The notes beneath the pieces are model-generated. The model saw only the letters and a program-made list of their open reading frames with translations, did no database searches and had not been told where the DNA came from. Source: an uncultured Alphaproteobacteria bacterium (lineage in GTDB: Bacteria > Pseudomonadota > Alphaproteobacteria > Sphingomonadales > Sphingomonadaceae). From it: a DNA stretch of 64,000 nt. Position numbers and translations under genes: made by a program. Every line of letters begins with the position of its first letter. Within the stretch, counting starts at the first letter, position 1. The stretch spans positions 8,893 through 72,892 of the forward strand of contig CAWEQI010000005.1 of NCBI GenBank assembly GCA_963811255.1, read 5' to 3'. Positions 19,766 through 30,213 of this stretch are shown piece by piece.

Positions 19766-20407
19766 TCAGGCAGGCTGCTTCGCGACCGAGATGCCCTGAG
19801 CGCGCGCGACGATGAGCGCGAGATCGGCGAACTGGAAGGTGTCGTCGAACACCAGCCCGTAGAGGTTGCCCTTGCGCCAGCGCACCTTCGTGACGATCTC
19901 CGACACCACGGCGTTCGACAGGCGCAGGCGCTGGTCGATGGCCAGTCGCTCGACGCAATCGATCTGCGCGCCCTGCATCGAGATGTTCCTGATCGTCGCG
20001 TCGAAGCGCCCTGTGAGCCCGACCAGCTTGGCCGGCATGTCGAGATTGATGCGAATCGGCCGCTTGGGCCATTGCCCGCGTCCCTGAAGTATCTTGGTCA
20101 GATCGACATCCCCGGCGAAGCGGAAACCGGCGCGGCCGTCCTTTTCCCACACCCGCTCGAGCGGCAGACTGTCGCCGTTGGACATCTCAAGCTTGAGCGC
20201 CAGATCCCGCGGCAGCGGGTGAAACAGCCGTACGCTCACCCCGGTGGCCGAAATATCGCTGACCACGCAGAGGAATTCGCCCGAGACGCCGGTGATCTTG
20301 GCCGTCCGGATCAGCGGTGTGTACCGCGCCGCGGTGCGCTGTTCCGCGTCGGACGGCGTGACGGCCTGCGCGGTCGCAAGCGGTTCATCATTGGCAGAAA
20401 GCGCCAT
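19766..20407 (-). CDS. PilZ domain protein (two PilZ-like halves)
   Basis: RxxxR-like segment (QRTAARY) and DISATGVSV / IRNISMQGAQI blocks typical of PilZ domains. Start at MALSAND. Confidence 0.7.
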   Translation of the reverse strand: MALSANDEPLATAQAVTPSDAEQRTAARYTPLIRTAKITGVSGEFLCVVSDISATGVSVRLFHPLPRDLALKLEMSNGDSLPLERVWEKDGRAGFRFAGDVDLTKILQGRGQWPKRPIRINLDMPAKLVGLTGRFDATIRNISMQGAQIDCVERLAIDQRLRLSNAVVSEIVTKVRWRKGNLYGLVFDDTFQFADLALIVARAQGISVAKQPA

Positions 20408-20561
20408 TCGCAAACTTCCCCAGTCCCGGCGCCCCATTTCGCCGGCTGATCCTGCCTGTGGTTTGCCAGAATTTACCTTGCGGAAGTGCTAATGGTAGGT
20501 GGGCAGTTTACCTTATCGTTGGAATCAATGTGTTAGCGCAAAGGGGTTGGCCGCGCCTCGA

Positions 20562-21770
20562 TCACCCCCAGCCCCGCTCGAGGAACCGGGCGGCGCATCC
20601 GGCCAGAAAGGCGGCGCCGCGCGGCAGCACCGTTTCGTCGACCATCATCCGGGTGGAATGGATTGCACAGCACTGGCGCCAATCGGCGCCGGCCTCGGCC
20701 ACGCCGAGGAACGCCATCATCCCGGGCACTTTCTCCAGGACATAGGAGAAGTCCTCCGCGCCCATGATGGGCGCCGGCATTGGCATGAACGCGCCCTCTG
20801 ACAGCCCCGTGGCGACGCGCTCTGCCAGCGCGACCGCGCGCGAATCGTTGACGGTCGGCGGGAAACCTTCGGTGATGGTGACCTCGGCCGTGCAATCGTG
20901 CGCCGCGGCGATGTTTTCGGCGACCCGGCGGATGTCCTGCCACACGCCCTGGCGCTTCTCCGACGTCAGCGTGCGGATCGTGCCCTTCAGCGTGGCGCGG
21001 TCGGGGATCACGTTGTGCGCGCTGCCGGCATCGAGTTGCGTCACAGTGACAACGACCGCCTCGGCCGCGTCGAAGCGGCGGGTGATCATCGCTTGCAGCG
21101 CCAGGACGATTTCGGCCGCCACCGGCACCGGATCACGGGTGTCGTGCGGCATCGAGGCATGGCCACCGCGGCCGACGACGGCGATCTCGAGCATGTCGGC
21201 CGAAGCCAGCAGCGTGCCTGCCCGGCTGCCGATCACCCCATGCGGCGCGTTGGGCATGATGTGCAGCGCGAAGGCCGCGTCGGGCAACGGCCCATGCTCG
21301 CCCCCACCTAGCAGCCCCTCCTCAAGCATGAAGCGGGCGCCGTGGTAGCCTTCCTCGCCGGGCTGGAACATGAAACGCACTTCGCCCCGCAGCTCGTCGG
21401 CCCGCGCGGCGAGGATCCGCGCCGCACCGGCGAGCATCGCGGTGTGGGTATCGTGTCCGCAGGCGTGCATCCGCCCTGCCACTTGCGAGGCGAACGGCAA
21501 CCCTGTCTCCTCGGTCATCGGCAGCGCGTCCATGTCGCCGCGCAGCAGCGCCGTGCGCCCGGCCTTGCCCGCATTGAGCACCGCGACCGCGCCGGTGCAC
21601 GAGGAGCCCTCGCGCCATTCGAGCGGCAAGTCGGCGAGTTCGGCGCGGGCCTTGGCGAGGGTCTTGGGCGTTTGCAGGCCCAGCTCGGGCTCGGCGTGGA
21701 TCGCCCGGCGCAACGCGGTGATGCGGTCGGCGATTCCGTGGGCGTCATCGAGCAGGGCTTCGGTCAACAT
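20562..21770 (-). CDS. M20-family amidohydrolase (hippurate hydrolase / N-acyl-amino acid amidohydrolase-like)
   Basis: LRGDMDALP, HACGHD and MFQPGEEG blocks. GAGGA RBS before ATG 21770. Confidence 0.9.
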   Translation of the reverse strand: MLTEALLDDAHGIADRITALRRAIHAEPELGLQTPKTLAKARAELADLPLEWREGSSCTGAVAVLNAGKAGRTALLRGDMDALPMTEETGLPFASQVAGRMHACGHDTHTAMLAGAARILAARADELRGEVRFMFQPGEEGYHGARFMLEEGLLGGGEHGPLPDAAFALHIMPNAPHGVIGSRAGTLLASADMLEIAVVGRGGHASMPHDTRDPVPVAAEIVLALQAMITRRFDAAEAVVVTVTQLDAGSAHNVIPDRATLKGTIRTLTSEKRQGVWQDIRRVAENIAAAHDCTAEVTITEGFPPTVNDSRAVALAERVATGLSEGAFMPMPAPIMGAEDFSYVLEKVPGMMAFLGVAEAGADWRQCCAIHSTRMMVDETVLPRGAAFLAGCAARFLERGWG

Positions 21771-21790
21771 CGGCAGGGTTCCTCGTGTTG

Positions 21791-21925
21791 TTAAGCCGCC
21801 ATCTTGCTGGACGGCCGCGATTTGTCGAGCCGGCTGAGAGTGTAGCGCGCCAGCAGATCGAGCGCGAGGTAGGCGACCGCTCCGCCCAAAGCGACCACCC
21901 AAGCCACCCCACCGTACGCCTGCAC
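21791..21925 (-). CDS. possible 44-aa membrane micro-protein
   Basis: GTG start, one hydrophobic helix (WVVALGGAVAYLALDLLA), high GC3. Fills the gap between two co-directional genes. Weak support. Confidence 0.25.
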   Translation of the reverse strand: MQAYGGVAWVVALGGAVAYLALDLLARYTLSRLDKSRPSSKMAA

Positions 21926-22041
21926 CCGCCGGCCGCGCGCGATGTCGGCACGAACGCGCCGAGGGCTTTCGGCAAGAACTCGACCGGCCCGAAGGCATTG
22001 TCGTCGGCAGGCCAAGCACCAGCCGGATCCCTGGGCGGCGG

Positions 22042-23166
22042 TCAGGCGTCCGCCAGCCATGAGCGGACTGGCTGCCCCCGGCGTTTGCGCGCGATCGCCT
22101 GCCCCAGCCGGACCAGCTGGACGAGACAACTCGCCACCGTCCACACCGCCACGGCGACGACGCCGACATCGGGCCGCCCGAACACGACCGAAGCGAACAG
22201 GATCAGCATGTTTGGCTTGCGCCGACCGGCGACCAGGCGGAAACGGCTGTCGAACCGCTGCCACACATGGATGTGGATTCCGCCGAACAGCTTGATGAAC
22301 GCCCCTTCGATCACCCGCTGGAGCACATAGCCGCCCAAGATCGACCCTTCGACCCACCAGAACAGCGTATCCGGCAGCGCCAGGCCGACGTGCGCCAGCC
22401 CGGTCGCCCAGAACCACCACCAGAAAGGCGGGTGGACGAGGTCGAGCCCGTGGTCGAGCGCGTTGCCCAGCCGGCTCCAGGTGATTGTGCACCGCGCAAG
22501 CTGGCCGTCGACGGTGTCGAGCACCATGAACACGAGCGCGAGCGCCAGCCCGAGCCAGTAATGCCCGTAAGCGAACGCGAACGCGGCGACGACGCATAGC
22601 CCCGCCCCAACCGCGGTGACCGTGTTCGGGCTCAGGCCGAGCCACGCCGCGAGGCGCGTCAGCCACAGCGCCCACTCGGGCCACAGGTACTTGGTCATCA
22701 GATCGGTCACGCCCTTGTAGGCGGCGAAATAGCTCGCCCGCTCGACCGCTCGCTTGGTGGCGGGCCGCAGTTCCATCAGGAACGGCCGTTCGCGTTTGTG
22801 CAACGCGCGGTTCTCGATCACCGTGGTTTGTTCGTAAGTCTCGAAGACGAACCGCTCGGCCTCGCGCGGAGTCGCACCCTCGCGCATGGCTTCCCGCAGC
22901 AGCGCCGCCTCGTGCTCGTCGCGCGCGTGACCGATCGCCGGCACTTCGCCCACCGTGAGAACGCTTCCCGGATGAGCGGCGAAGCGGCGCAACCAGGCCG
23001 GGTCGGCGGCGAAGCTCGCGTTGATCAGCACGACCGGCGCGCCGGCTCCGCCGAGGCCGATCCTTGCGCCGATACGGCGGTTGCGTTCGGTCATCGACAA
23101 GCCCCACAAATGGGTCGGGTTCGCGCCGACCGTCTCGAGGGCTGGTGTCAAAGCAGGTTCGGCCAT
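22042..23166 (-). CDS. CDP-alcohol phosphatidyltransferase family protein with N-terminal extension of about 170 aa
   Basis: Signature DTVDGQLARCTITWSRLGNALDHGLDLV (DGxxAR...G...D...D) in a polytopic C-terminal half. N-terminal soluble half unassigned. Confidence 0.8.
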   Translation of the reverse strand: MAEPALTPALETVGANPTHLWGLSMTERNRRIGARIGLGGAGAPVVLINASFAADPAWLRRFAAHPGSVLTVGEVPAIGHARDEHEAALLREAMREGATPREAERFVFETYEQTTVIENRALHKRERPFLMELRPATKRAVERASYFAAYKGVTDLMTKYLWPEWALWLTRLAAWLGLSPNTVTAVGAGLCVVAAFAFAYGHYWLGLALALVFMVLDTVDGQLARCTITWSRLGNALDHGLDLVHPPFWWWFWATGLAHVGLALPDTLFWWVEGSILGGYVLQRVIEGAFIKLFGGIHIHVWQRFDSRFRLVAGRRKPNMLILFASVVFGRPDVGVVAVAVWTVASCLVQLVRLGQAIARKRRGQPVRSWLADA

Positions 23167-23298
23167 CTGGCAGCAGCGCTTACGGCGGGATTTTTCGTTC
23201 GGCAACGCGCGAAGCCGACGCGCCGATCGGCCTGACGGTGAAAATTTGCTGAAAAACGGCTGGTCAGCGTCTAATTCCCCGGAGTAGAGCGGCGGCCG

Positions 23299-24315
23299 AT
23301 GAACCGGCCGATAAAGAGCTTCGACCGCCTGTCGCAGGCGACACGCATCGCTGCGCCGTGGCGGCGCCTGGCGGCGCGGGAGGACCGGACGGTTCCCTTG
23401 ATCGGCGTCGTCCGCGATCCGCACAGCCACGGCAACACCGGTCGCCAGCCCGAGCATTCGGCAGACGCCGAGGTGATTACCGAAACGGCCATCAAGCGCC
23501 GCGACCTGATCGAAGTGCTCAGCCGCTTCGCGCTGGCAGGCGTGGATTACATAGCCGTGGACGGCGGCGACGGCACCCTGCGCGACGTGCTGACCGGCGG
23601 CGACGGCATCTTCGGCGACGACTGGCCGCCGCTGATCTTGCTGCCCAAGGGCAAGACCAATGCGCTAGCGTCCGATCTCGGGCTGCCGTCCAACTGGACG
23701 CTAGACCGCGCGCTCGAGCGGGCGCGGGCCGGGCGCTTTGCCACGCGGCGCCCGCTGGTGATCGCCGACGCCGCCGAGCCCGCCGCGCGCGTCCTCGGGT
23801 TCATGCTCGGCGCCGGTGTGTTCACCAGGACGATCGGTCTCGGCCGGTCGGCGCGCCATTGGGGGATCTTCAACGGTCCGGCGGTGCTCCTGACCACGAT
23901 TGGATCGCTCGGCCAGGCAGTGTTCGCCGGCGCCGGGAACCCTTGGCGTCGGCTGACCGGCATTCGGCTGACGGACGAGGCCGGCGAGCCGGTCGCCGGA
24001 GGCGCGGAGCGGCGCTATGCTCTGCTGTCGTCCACCCTCGAGAGATTCCCAATGGGCCTCAAGCCGTTCGGCGCCATGCGCGGCGGTCTGAAGCTCGCGG
24101 TGCTCGACCGCCCACACCGCGGGAGCCTCGCGCGAATACCGTTCATCGCCGCCGGTCGCCTCCCGTCCAATCCCGCTCGCCTGGGCTACCACTGGGCCAC
24201 GCCGGAGAGCTATCGCATCGAGCTGGACGACCGGTTCATCCTCGACGGCAAGGCCTTTCCTGCCGGCACGTACGGGATTTCGCAGGGCCCCGAGCTGCGC
24301 TTCGTGGTGCCGTAA
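23299..24315 (+). CDS. diacylglycerol/lipid kinase-like protein (DAGK catalytic domain)
   Basis: [12 protein letters not shown] and [15 protein letters not shown] blocks of the DAGK_cat/YegS/LCB5 fold. Confidence 0.75.
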   Translation: MNRPIKSFDRLSQATRIAAPWRRLAAREDRTVPLIGVVRDPHSHGNTGRQPEHSADAEVITETAIKRRDLIEVLSRFALAGVDYIAVDGGDGTLRDVLTGGDGIFGDDWPPLILLPKGKTNALASDLGLPSNWTLDRALERARAGRFATRRPLVIADAAEPAARVLGFMLGAGVFTRTIGLGRSARHWGIFNGPAVLLTTIGSLGQAVFAGAGNPWRRLTGIRLTDEAGEPVAGGAERRYALLSSTLERFPMGLKPFGAMRGGLKLAVLDRPHRGSLARIPFIAAGRLPSNPARLGYHWATPESYRIELDDRFILDGKAFPAGTYGISQGPELRFVVP

Positions 24316-24476
24316 ACGCGGCGCTCAGCAAAGCATTGCGGCAGCGTTGGCGCGAGAGAGGCATCCCATGGCGCTCGATAACTCCGAAAGACTCGAACAC
24401 ACCCGCTAACCGTGTGGAAAAGGCTCAGGCGCTGCTTGTTGGCGCGCTGGGCGGTGTTAAGGCCCTAAGGCAAGCT

Positions 24477-25142
24477 ATGTCCTTGCCCCTGATCTCTCCA
24501 TCGATCCTGTCGGCCGACTTCGCCCGGCTGGGGGAGGAAGTGCGGGCGGTCGACGAGGCCGGGGCCGACTGGATCCACATCGACGTCATGGATGGGCACT
24601 ACGTGCCGAACCTGACGATCGGCCCAGCGGTGGTGAAGGCGCTGCGGCCGCACAGCCACAAGCCGTTCGACGTCCACCTGATGGTCAGCCCGGTCGACCC
24701 GTGGCTCGAGCCTTTCGCCGAAGCCGGTGCCGACATCATTACCGTGCATCCCGAAGCGGGGCCGCACATCCACCGCACGCTGCAGGCGATCAGGGCTTTG
24801 GGCAAGCAAGCCGGGGTTTCTCTCAATCCCGGAACGCCGGCCAAGATGCTCGATTACCTGATCGAGGAGGTCGACCTGGTGCTGGTCATGAGCGTCAACC
24901 CGGGCTTCGGCGGGCAGAGCTTCATCGCCAGCCAGCTGAAGAAGATCGCCGCTGTGCGCAAGATGATCGACGGCGCCGGGCGCGACATCAGGCTGGAAGT
25001 CGACGGCGGCATCACCCCGGAGACCGGGCGGCAATGCGTCGAGGCCGGCGCCGACGTGCTGGTCGCCGGCTCGGCCACATTCAAGGGCGGCGCGGCGGCC
25101 TATGCGGCGAACATCGCCGCGTTGAAGGGCGCCGGCGGATGA
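24477..25142 (+). CDS. rpe: ribulose-phosphate 3-epimerase
   Basis: [20 protein letters not shown] and [11 protein letters not shown] blocks. Confidence 0.95.
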   Translation: MSLPLISPSILSADFARLGEEVRAVDEAGADWIHIDVMDGHYVPNLTIGPAVVKALRPHSHKPFDVHLMVSPVDPWLEPFAEAGADIITVHPEAGPHIHRTLQAIRALGKQAGVSLNPGTPAKMLDYLIEEVDLVLVMSVNPGFGGQSFIASQLKKIAAVRKMIDGAGRDIRLEVDGGITPETGRQCVEAGADVLVAGSATFKGGAAAYAANIAALKGAGG

Positions 25143-26992
25143 GCAAGAGCCTCGTCCAGCCGCGCCTGGCCCTGGACGGCGAGGGGGCAGGAGAAGGAGA
25201 GGCCATGGCGATCCCTCTCGATTCCGCGGCGCCGGAACCGTTTGCCGCGGCCAACGGCGATCGGGCGGGGAGCGAACGGGTAGAGCCTGGGCGGGCGCTG
25301 GCGCTGAGTGATTTCGCCCCGCCCGAAACCACTGCCGGCGAGCGACTCATCCGGCTGGCCTATCGTCTCGGCATCCCCGGCCCGACGCTCGTCGCCCCCT
25401 TCCGCAAGCACGCCTCGCCGCGCCTTCTAGCCACGGTCGAGAACCCGCTACGCGGCGATCGTGTCGGTGGGGTGGCGCTACGGGCAGGGCATTTCCTGAT
25501 CTGCGGCGTTAAGGCGCCGATCGCGCAGATGGACTTCTCACCGGTCGCCCGCCTGACCCCGCCGTTTGAGCGGGCGGTGCACGGCTTCGGCTGGCTGCCC
25601 GACCTCGACGCCTGCGCTCCGCGGCAGCAGTGCACGCACACCGCCGAGAGCGTGCTCGCCGCCTGGCTCGAGGCCAATCCGCATCCGGGCAAAGGCGGCG
25701 CGTGGAAGGTCGGCCATGCCGGTCACCGGGTGCTCAACTGGCTGGTCCACGCCCCGCTGCTGCTGGCGGGCAACGACCGGCAGTTGCGCAGCCGGACGTT
25801 GCGCTCGCTCGCCGAAACCGCCCGCTGGCTCGACCGCAACGTCGGCAAGGCGGAGGACCGGCTGGCGGAGGTCGCCGGATGGTGCGCGATTACAGCCGCC
25901 GGCCTGCTGCTGCCCGAAGGCAAGCCGCGCCGGCTGTTCGGCGAAGCGGGCCTGGTGCACGCGCTCGGCGAACTGGTCGGCGACGACGGCGGCGTCCTCT
26001 CGCGCAGTCCGCTCGACCAGATGGAAGCGATCGAGCTGCTGACCCGGCTCGGCGCCTGCTACCACGCGACGCGGCGCGACCCGCCGGAAGCGCTCGACAC
26101 GATGCTGAAAATGCTGGTGCCGCCGTTGCTCACCCTGCTCCACGCCGACGGCGGACTGGGCAACTGGCAAGGCTCGGGCGCGGTGTCGGCCGAGCGCGTC
26201 ACCGCTCTAGTTGAGGCGAGCGGCGTGCGCACCCGGCCGCTACGCGATGCGCGGCAGTGGGGGTACCAGCGGGTCGCCGCCGGCCGCTCGGTGCTGCAGG
26301 TCGACGCCGCCCCGCCGCCGCTCGCGCGCCACGCGCGGCACGGCTGCGCCTCGACCCTGGCGTTTGAATTCTCGCACGGGCCGCAGCGGCTGATCGTCAA
26401 CTGCGGGGGCGCGGCCTTCGCCGGCGGTCAGGTGCCGGTGCGAATCGAGCAGGGCCTGCGCGCCACCGCCGCGCATTCGACGCTGGTGCTCGGCGACGCG
26501 AATTCGACCGCCGTGCTGATCAATGGCAAGCTCGGCAGCGGCGTGGGTGAAGTCGAGATCGACCGTCGCGTGCTCGAAAGCGGCCAAGGCACCGCCACGC
26601 GCCTGGAAGCCAGTCACGACGGCTATGCCCAGCGCTTCGGCCTGATCCACCGCCGCATCCTGATCCTGCGCGACGACGGCACCGAACTGCGCGGCGAGGA
26701 CCTGCTGGTGCCGGCCGGCCGTCGGGCCAAGCGCGGCAAGGTGCCGTACGCGATCCGCTTCCACCTCGGGCCCGGGATCGACGCGGCGTTGACCGACAGC
26801 AAGCGCGGCGTGCACCTGGCGCTGCCCGACGGCAGCTATTGGCAATTCCTTTCGGTTTCGGGCGAAGTGGCGATCGACGACAGCCTTTGGGTCGACGGCG
26901 ACGGCCGACCTCACCCGGTGCAGCAATTGGTGATAGAAGGCATGGAATCGCGCGGCGGCGGAAGCTTCTCCTGGCTACTTAAGAAATTGTGA
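25139..26992 (+). CDS. heparinase II/III family protein
   Basis: ATGA overlap with rpe. About 617 aa with a HAxxLxF..G C-terminal half. The rpe - heparinase-like - purH arrangement is common in alphaproteobacteria as I recall it. Confidence 0.7.
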   Translation: MSKSLVQPRLALDGEGAGEGEAMAIPLDSAAPEPFAAANGDRAGSERVEPGRALALSDFAPPETTAGERLIRLAYRLGIPGPTLVAPFRKHASPRLLATVENPLRGDRVGGVALRAGHFLICGVKAPIAQMDFSPVARLTPPFERAVHGFGWLPDLDACAPRQQCTHTAESVLAAWLEANPHPGKGGAWKVGHAGHRVLNWLVHAPLLLAGNDRQLRSRTLRSLAETARWLDRNVGKAEDRLAEVAGWCAITAAGLLLPEGKPRRLFGEAGLVHALGELVGDDGGVLSRSPLDQMEAIELLTRLGACYHATRRDPPEALDTMLKMLVPPLLTLLHADGGLGNWQGSGAVSAERVTALVEASGVRTRPLRDARQWGYQRVAAGRSVLQVDAAPPPLARHARHGCASTLAFEFSHGPQRLIVNCGGAAFAGGQVPVRIEQGLRATAAHSTLVLGDANSTAVLINGKLGSGVGEVEIDRRVLESGQGTATRLEASHDGYAQRFGLIHRRILILRDDGTELRGEDLLVPAGRRAKRGKVPYAIRFHLGPGIDAALTDSKRGVHLALPDGSYWQFLSVSGEVAIDDSLWVDGDGRPHPVQQLVIEGMESRGGGSFSWLLKKL

Positions 26993-27004
26993 GTTCATAG
27001 CCGT

Positions 27005-28594
27005 ATGAGTGACGTGACCATCCGGCGGGCGCTGCTGTCCGTCTCCGACAAGAGCGGCATCGCCGACCTCGGCAGCCGCCTCGCCAAGGCGGGGGTCGAG
27101 TTGATTTCGACCGGCGGCACGGCCCGCACGCTGCGCGAGGCCGGTCTCGACGTGCGCGACGTCTCCGACGTCACCGGATTTCCGGAAATGATGGATGGGC
27201 GGGTCAAAACGCTGCACCCGGCGATCCACGGCGCTCTGCTCGCCGTGCGCGATGATCCCGAGCACATGGCGGCGATGGACGCGCACGACATCGGCCCGAT
27301 CGATCTCGTGGTCGTCAATCTCTACCCTTTCGAGGAAACGGTGATGAGCGGCGCCGATCGCGACACGGTCATCGAGAACATCGACATTGGCGGGCCGTCG
27401 ATGGTCCGCTCGGCGGCCAAGAACCACGCTTTCGTCACCATCGTCACCGATCCGGCCGACTACGACGCGCTGTACGACGAACTGGCCGAGCATGACGGCG
27501 CGACCACGCTCGCGTTCCGCAAGCGGATGGCGGCCAAGGCATTCGCCGCCACCGCCGCATACGACGCGATGATCAGTCAGTGGTTCGCCTTCGCCGACCA
27601 GCGGCAGTTGTTCCCCGAGATGATCGCGGTCAACGGCCGCAAGCTCGCCGAGCTCCGCTACGGCGAGAACCCGCACCAGAAGGCGGCGGTCTACGAACCT
27701 GTCGGGCCGCACAGCGAAGGCCTGCCGCAGGCCGAGCAGATCCAGGGCAAGGCGCTCAGCTACAACAACTACAACGACGCCGACGCCGCGCTCGAGCTTT
27801 GCGCGGAGTTCCGCGACGGTGCGCCGGCGGTGGTGATCGTCAAGCACGCCAACCCCTGTGGCGTCGCGCAAGCGCCCACCCTGCTCCAGGCGTGGACCGA
27901 CGCGCTGCAGTGCGACAGCGTCTCGGCCTTCGGCGGCATCGTCGCGCTCAACCGCCCGCTCGACGGCCGCACGGCCGAGGCGATCTGCGAGATCTTCACC
28001 GAAGTGGTTGTCGCCCCCGGAGCGGACGATGCGGCGAGGGCGGCGTTCGCCAAGAAGAAGAACCTCCGCCTGCTGCTCATCGATGAGCTGCCCGATCCGC
28101 GGCGCGGCGGCCTGTCGCTTAAGCCGATCGCCGGCGGGCTGTTGGTCCAGAGCCGCGACAACGGGGCGATCGCTGCCGACGATCTCACGGTCGTCACCCA
28201 GCGCGCCCCGACCGAGCAGGAGCTTAAGGATTGCCTGTTCGCCTGGACGGTCGCCCGCCACGTCAAGTCCAACGCCATCGTCTACGCCAGAAACGGCGCC
28301 ACCGCCGGCATCGGCGCGGGGCAGATGAACCGGCGCGACAGCGCCCGGATCGCCGCGATCAAAGCGCGCGAGGCGGCCGAGACTTACGGCTGGAGCGAAC
28401 CGAAGACGGTCGGCAGCGCGGTGGCATCCGATGCGTTCTTTCCCTTCGCCGATGGCCTGCTCGCCGCCGCCGAAGCCGGCGCCACCGCGGTGATCCAGCC
28501 GGGCGGCTCGCTGCGCGACGACGAGGTGATCGCGGCCGCCGACGAAGCCGGGCTGGCGATGATGTTCGCCCATATGCGCCACTTCCGCCACTGA
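27005..28594 (+). CDS. purH: bifunctional AICAR transformylase / IMP cyclohydrolase
   Basis: [19 protein letters not shown] and [13 protein letters not shown] blocks. 529 aa. Confidence 0.95.
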   Translation: MSDVTIRRALLSVSDKSGIADLGSRLAKAGVELISTGGTARTLREAGLDVRDVSDVTGFPEMMDGRVKTLHPAIHGALLAVRDDPEHMAAMDAHDIGPIDLVVVNLYPFEETVMSGADRDTVIENIDIGGPSMVRSAAKNHAFVTIVTDPADYDALYDELAEHDGATTLAFRKRMAAKAFAATAAYDAMISQWFAFADQRQLFPEMIAVNGRKLAELRYGENPHQKAAVYEPVGPHSEGLPQAEQIQGKALSYNNYNDADAALELCAEFRDGAPAVVIVKHANPCGVAQAPTLLQAWTDALQCDSVSAFGGIVALNRPLDGRTAEAICEIFTEVVVAPGADDAARAAFAKKKNLRLLLIDELPDPRRGGLSLKPIAGGLLVQSRDNGAIAADDLTVVTQRAPTEQELKDCLFAWTVARHVKSNAIVYARNGATAGIGAGQMNRRDSARIAAIKAREAAETYGWSEPKTVGSAVASDAFFPFADGLLAAAEAGATAVIQPGGSLRDDEVIAAADEAGLAMMFAHMRHFRH

Positions 28595-28747
28595 TGGCGG
28601 CAAACGCCTCCGTTCGTCGCTGAACCGGGGCGGCTCGCCGTTTCTGTCACGAAAATGAACGGCTTACGCGCGCGCGTTCAAACTTTCGCAACCATTTCGC
28701 CGATACCCAAGACACACAGCGAACGAGATATAGCGAAAGCCACCGCA

Positions 28748-28846
28748 ATGGGCCTGCTCAAAACCGACCTCTTCCGCCCGTTCTTCCTGGGCTTCGGTGT
28801 GACTGCGCTCGTGCTGGGTGTTAATATGATCACCCATCTGGTATAA
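28748..28846 (+). CDS. possible 32-aa membrane micro-protein
   Basis: Single TM (FFLGFGVTALVLGVNMI) with coding-like GC3. The longer 63-aa ORF has a non-coding-like AT-rich 5' part. Confidence 0.3.
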   Translation: MGLLKTDLFRPFFLGFGVTALVLGVNMITHLV

Positions 28847-28853
28847 GGAAAGC

Positions 28854-29534
28854 ATGAGAATCAAGCTCCTGCTCCCGCTCGCCGCTGCCGCCTTCGCCGC
28901 CAGTTCCTGCCAAGCCCCCGCCAGCGCCGCCGAGAGCGTCGTCATGGCCCCCGCCGCCAAGCGCATCGCCCACGAAAGCGGCGGGCTGAAGACGGCGATC
29001 TTCTCGGGCGGCTGCTTCTGGGGCGTCGAAGCGGTGTTCAGCCACGTGAAGGGGGTAAAGAGCGCCATCTCGGGCTACGAGGGCGGCGACGTCAAGGATC
29101 CCAGCTACGAACAGGTGTCTTCGGGCACCACCGGCCACCGCGAATCCGTCAAGGTGACCTACGATCCCAAGGTCGTCCGCTACGACCAGCTGCTGCAGGT
29201 GTTCTTCTCGGTGGTCGCCGATCCGACCCTGCACAACCGCCAGGGTCCCGACGAGGGCACCCAATACAACGCCGCGCTGGTCCCCCTCACGAAGGAGCAG
29301 CGCCAAGTCGCCGCCGCCTATCTCGCGCAGATGAAGGCGAGCGGGAAGTGGGACAAGCCGATCGTCACCGGCATCGCGCCGGCCAAGCCCTTCTATCCGG
29401 CCGAGGGCTATCACCAGGACTTCGCTTACAAGAACCCGCACCAGGGCTACATCGTCCAATGGGACCTGCCCAAGGTCGCCGCGCTCAAGCAGCTCTACCC
29501 TTCGCTCTACAGCCCGCACTTCCAGACCGGCTGA
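28854..29534 (+). CDS. msrA: peptide-methionine (S)-S-oxide reductase, exported
   Basis: GGCFWGVEAVF active site. N-terminal signal peptide. Confidence 0.9.
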   Translation: MRIKLLLPLAAAAFAASSCQAPASAAESVVMAPAAKRIAHESGGLKTAIFSGGCFWGVEAVFSHVKGVKSAISGYEGGDVKDPSYEQVSSGTTGHRESVKVTYDPKVVRYDQLLQVFFSVVADPTLHNRQGPDEGTQYNAALVPLTKEQRQVAAAYLAQMKASGKWDKPIVTGIAPAKPFYPAEGYHQDFAYKNPHQGYIVQWDLPKVAALKQLYPSLYSPHFQTG

Positions 29535-29569
29535 TTGCCGCCAGCGCCGGGGTTGCCTATAGCGGGCGA

Positions 29570-30031
29570 ATGGCCGCGCACACCCATCGCGAACACTCGG
29601 GCGACAAGCTGATCGCCGAAGCCGAAACCGTGCTGACCGCCGCCGGCGAGCAGTGGACGCAGATGCGCGCCGACGTGTTCGAAGCGCTGGCCGACCAGGA
29701 GCGCCCGGCCTCGGCTTACGATGTCGCCGAGGAACTGGGCAAGCGCCGCGGCAAGCGCGTGGCGGCGAACAGCATCTATCGCATCCTCGACCTGTTCGTG
29801 CGCACCAACCTCGCCAACCGGATCGAAAGCGCCAACGCCTACCTGGTCAACACCCATCCCGGCTGCCGGCACGACTGCATCTTCCTGATCTGCGACGACT
29901 GTGGCCAGGCCACCCATCTCGATGACGACCAACTGACCGACGCCTTGCGGGACGCCGGCCACCGCCACGGTTTTGCCGATGTGCGCCCGGTCGTTGAACT
30001 GCGCGGCCTGTGCGACGAATGCGTCAGCTGA
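29570..30031 (+). CDS. Fur-family transcriptional regulator (Zur-like)
   Basis: Winged-helix N-terminus (SAYDVAEELG...SIYRILD). Metal sites HPGCRHDC, CDDCG and CDEC. Confidence 0.85.
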   Translation: MAAHTHREHSGDKLIAEAETVLTAAGEQWTQMRADVFEALADQERPASAYDVAEELGKRRGKRVAANSIYRILDLFVRTNLANRIESANAYLVNTHPGCRHDCIFLICDDCGQATHLDDDQLTDALRDAGHRHGFADVRPVVELRGLCDECVS

Positions 30032-30032
30032 G

Positions 30033-30161
30033 CCTCCCCGGAACGGGGAGGGGAACCGCACGAAGTACGGTGGAGGGGACTCGCCGCAAGCGGGGAGGCA
30101 CCGGGTGGCGAATCCCCTCCGTCACCCGCTTCGCGAGCGCCACCTCCCCGTGCCGGGGAGG
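30033..30161. repeat. 129-bp nested-palindrome intergenic element, copy 2 (inverted relative to copy 1)
   Basis: Terminal hairpins CCTCCCCGGAACGGGGAGG (30033-30051) and CCTCCCCGTGCCGGGGAGG (30143-30161). Begins 2 nt after the Zur-like stop. Aligns with the reverse complement of 9134-9260. Confidence 0.75.
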
Positions 30162-30213
30162 AAACCAGCCACCGTTCATCGACAGGCCTGCCAAGCGCGT
30201 GTAAGCCGCTGAC

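Noticed and set aside
20472-20514. Direct repeat TTTACCTT twice, 35 bp apart, in the AT-rich region upstream of the PilZ gene.
   Set aside because: An 8-mer occurring twice in an AT-rich intergenic stretch is weak evidence, and I recognised no known consensus (CtrA or EcfG). Noted only as a possible regulatory feature.
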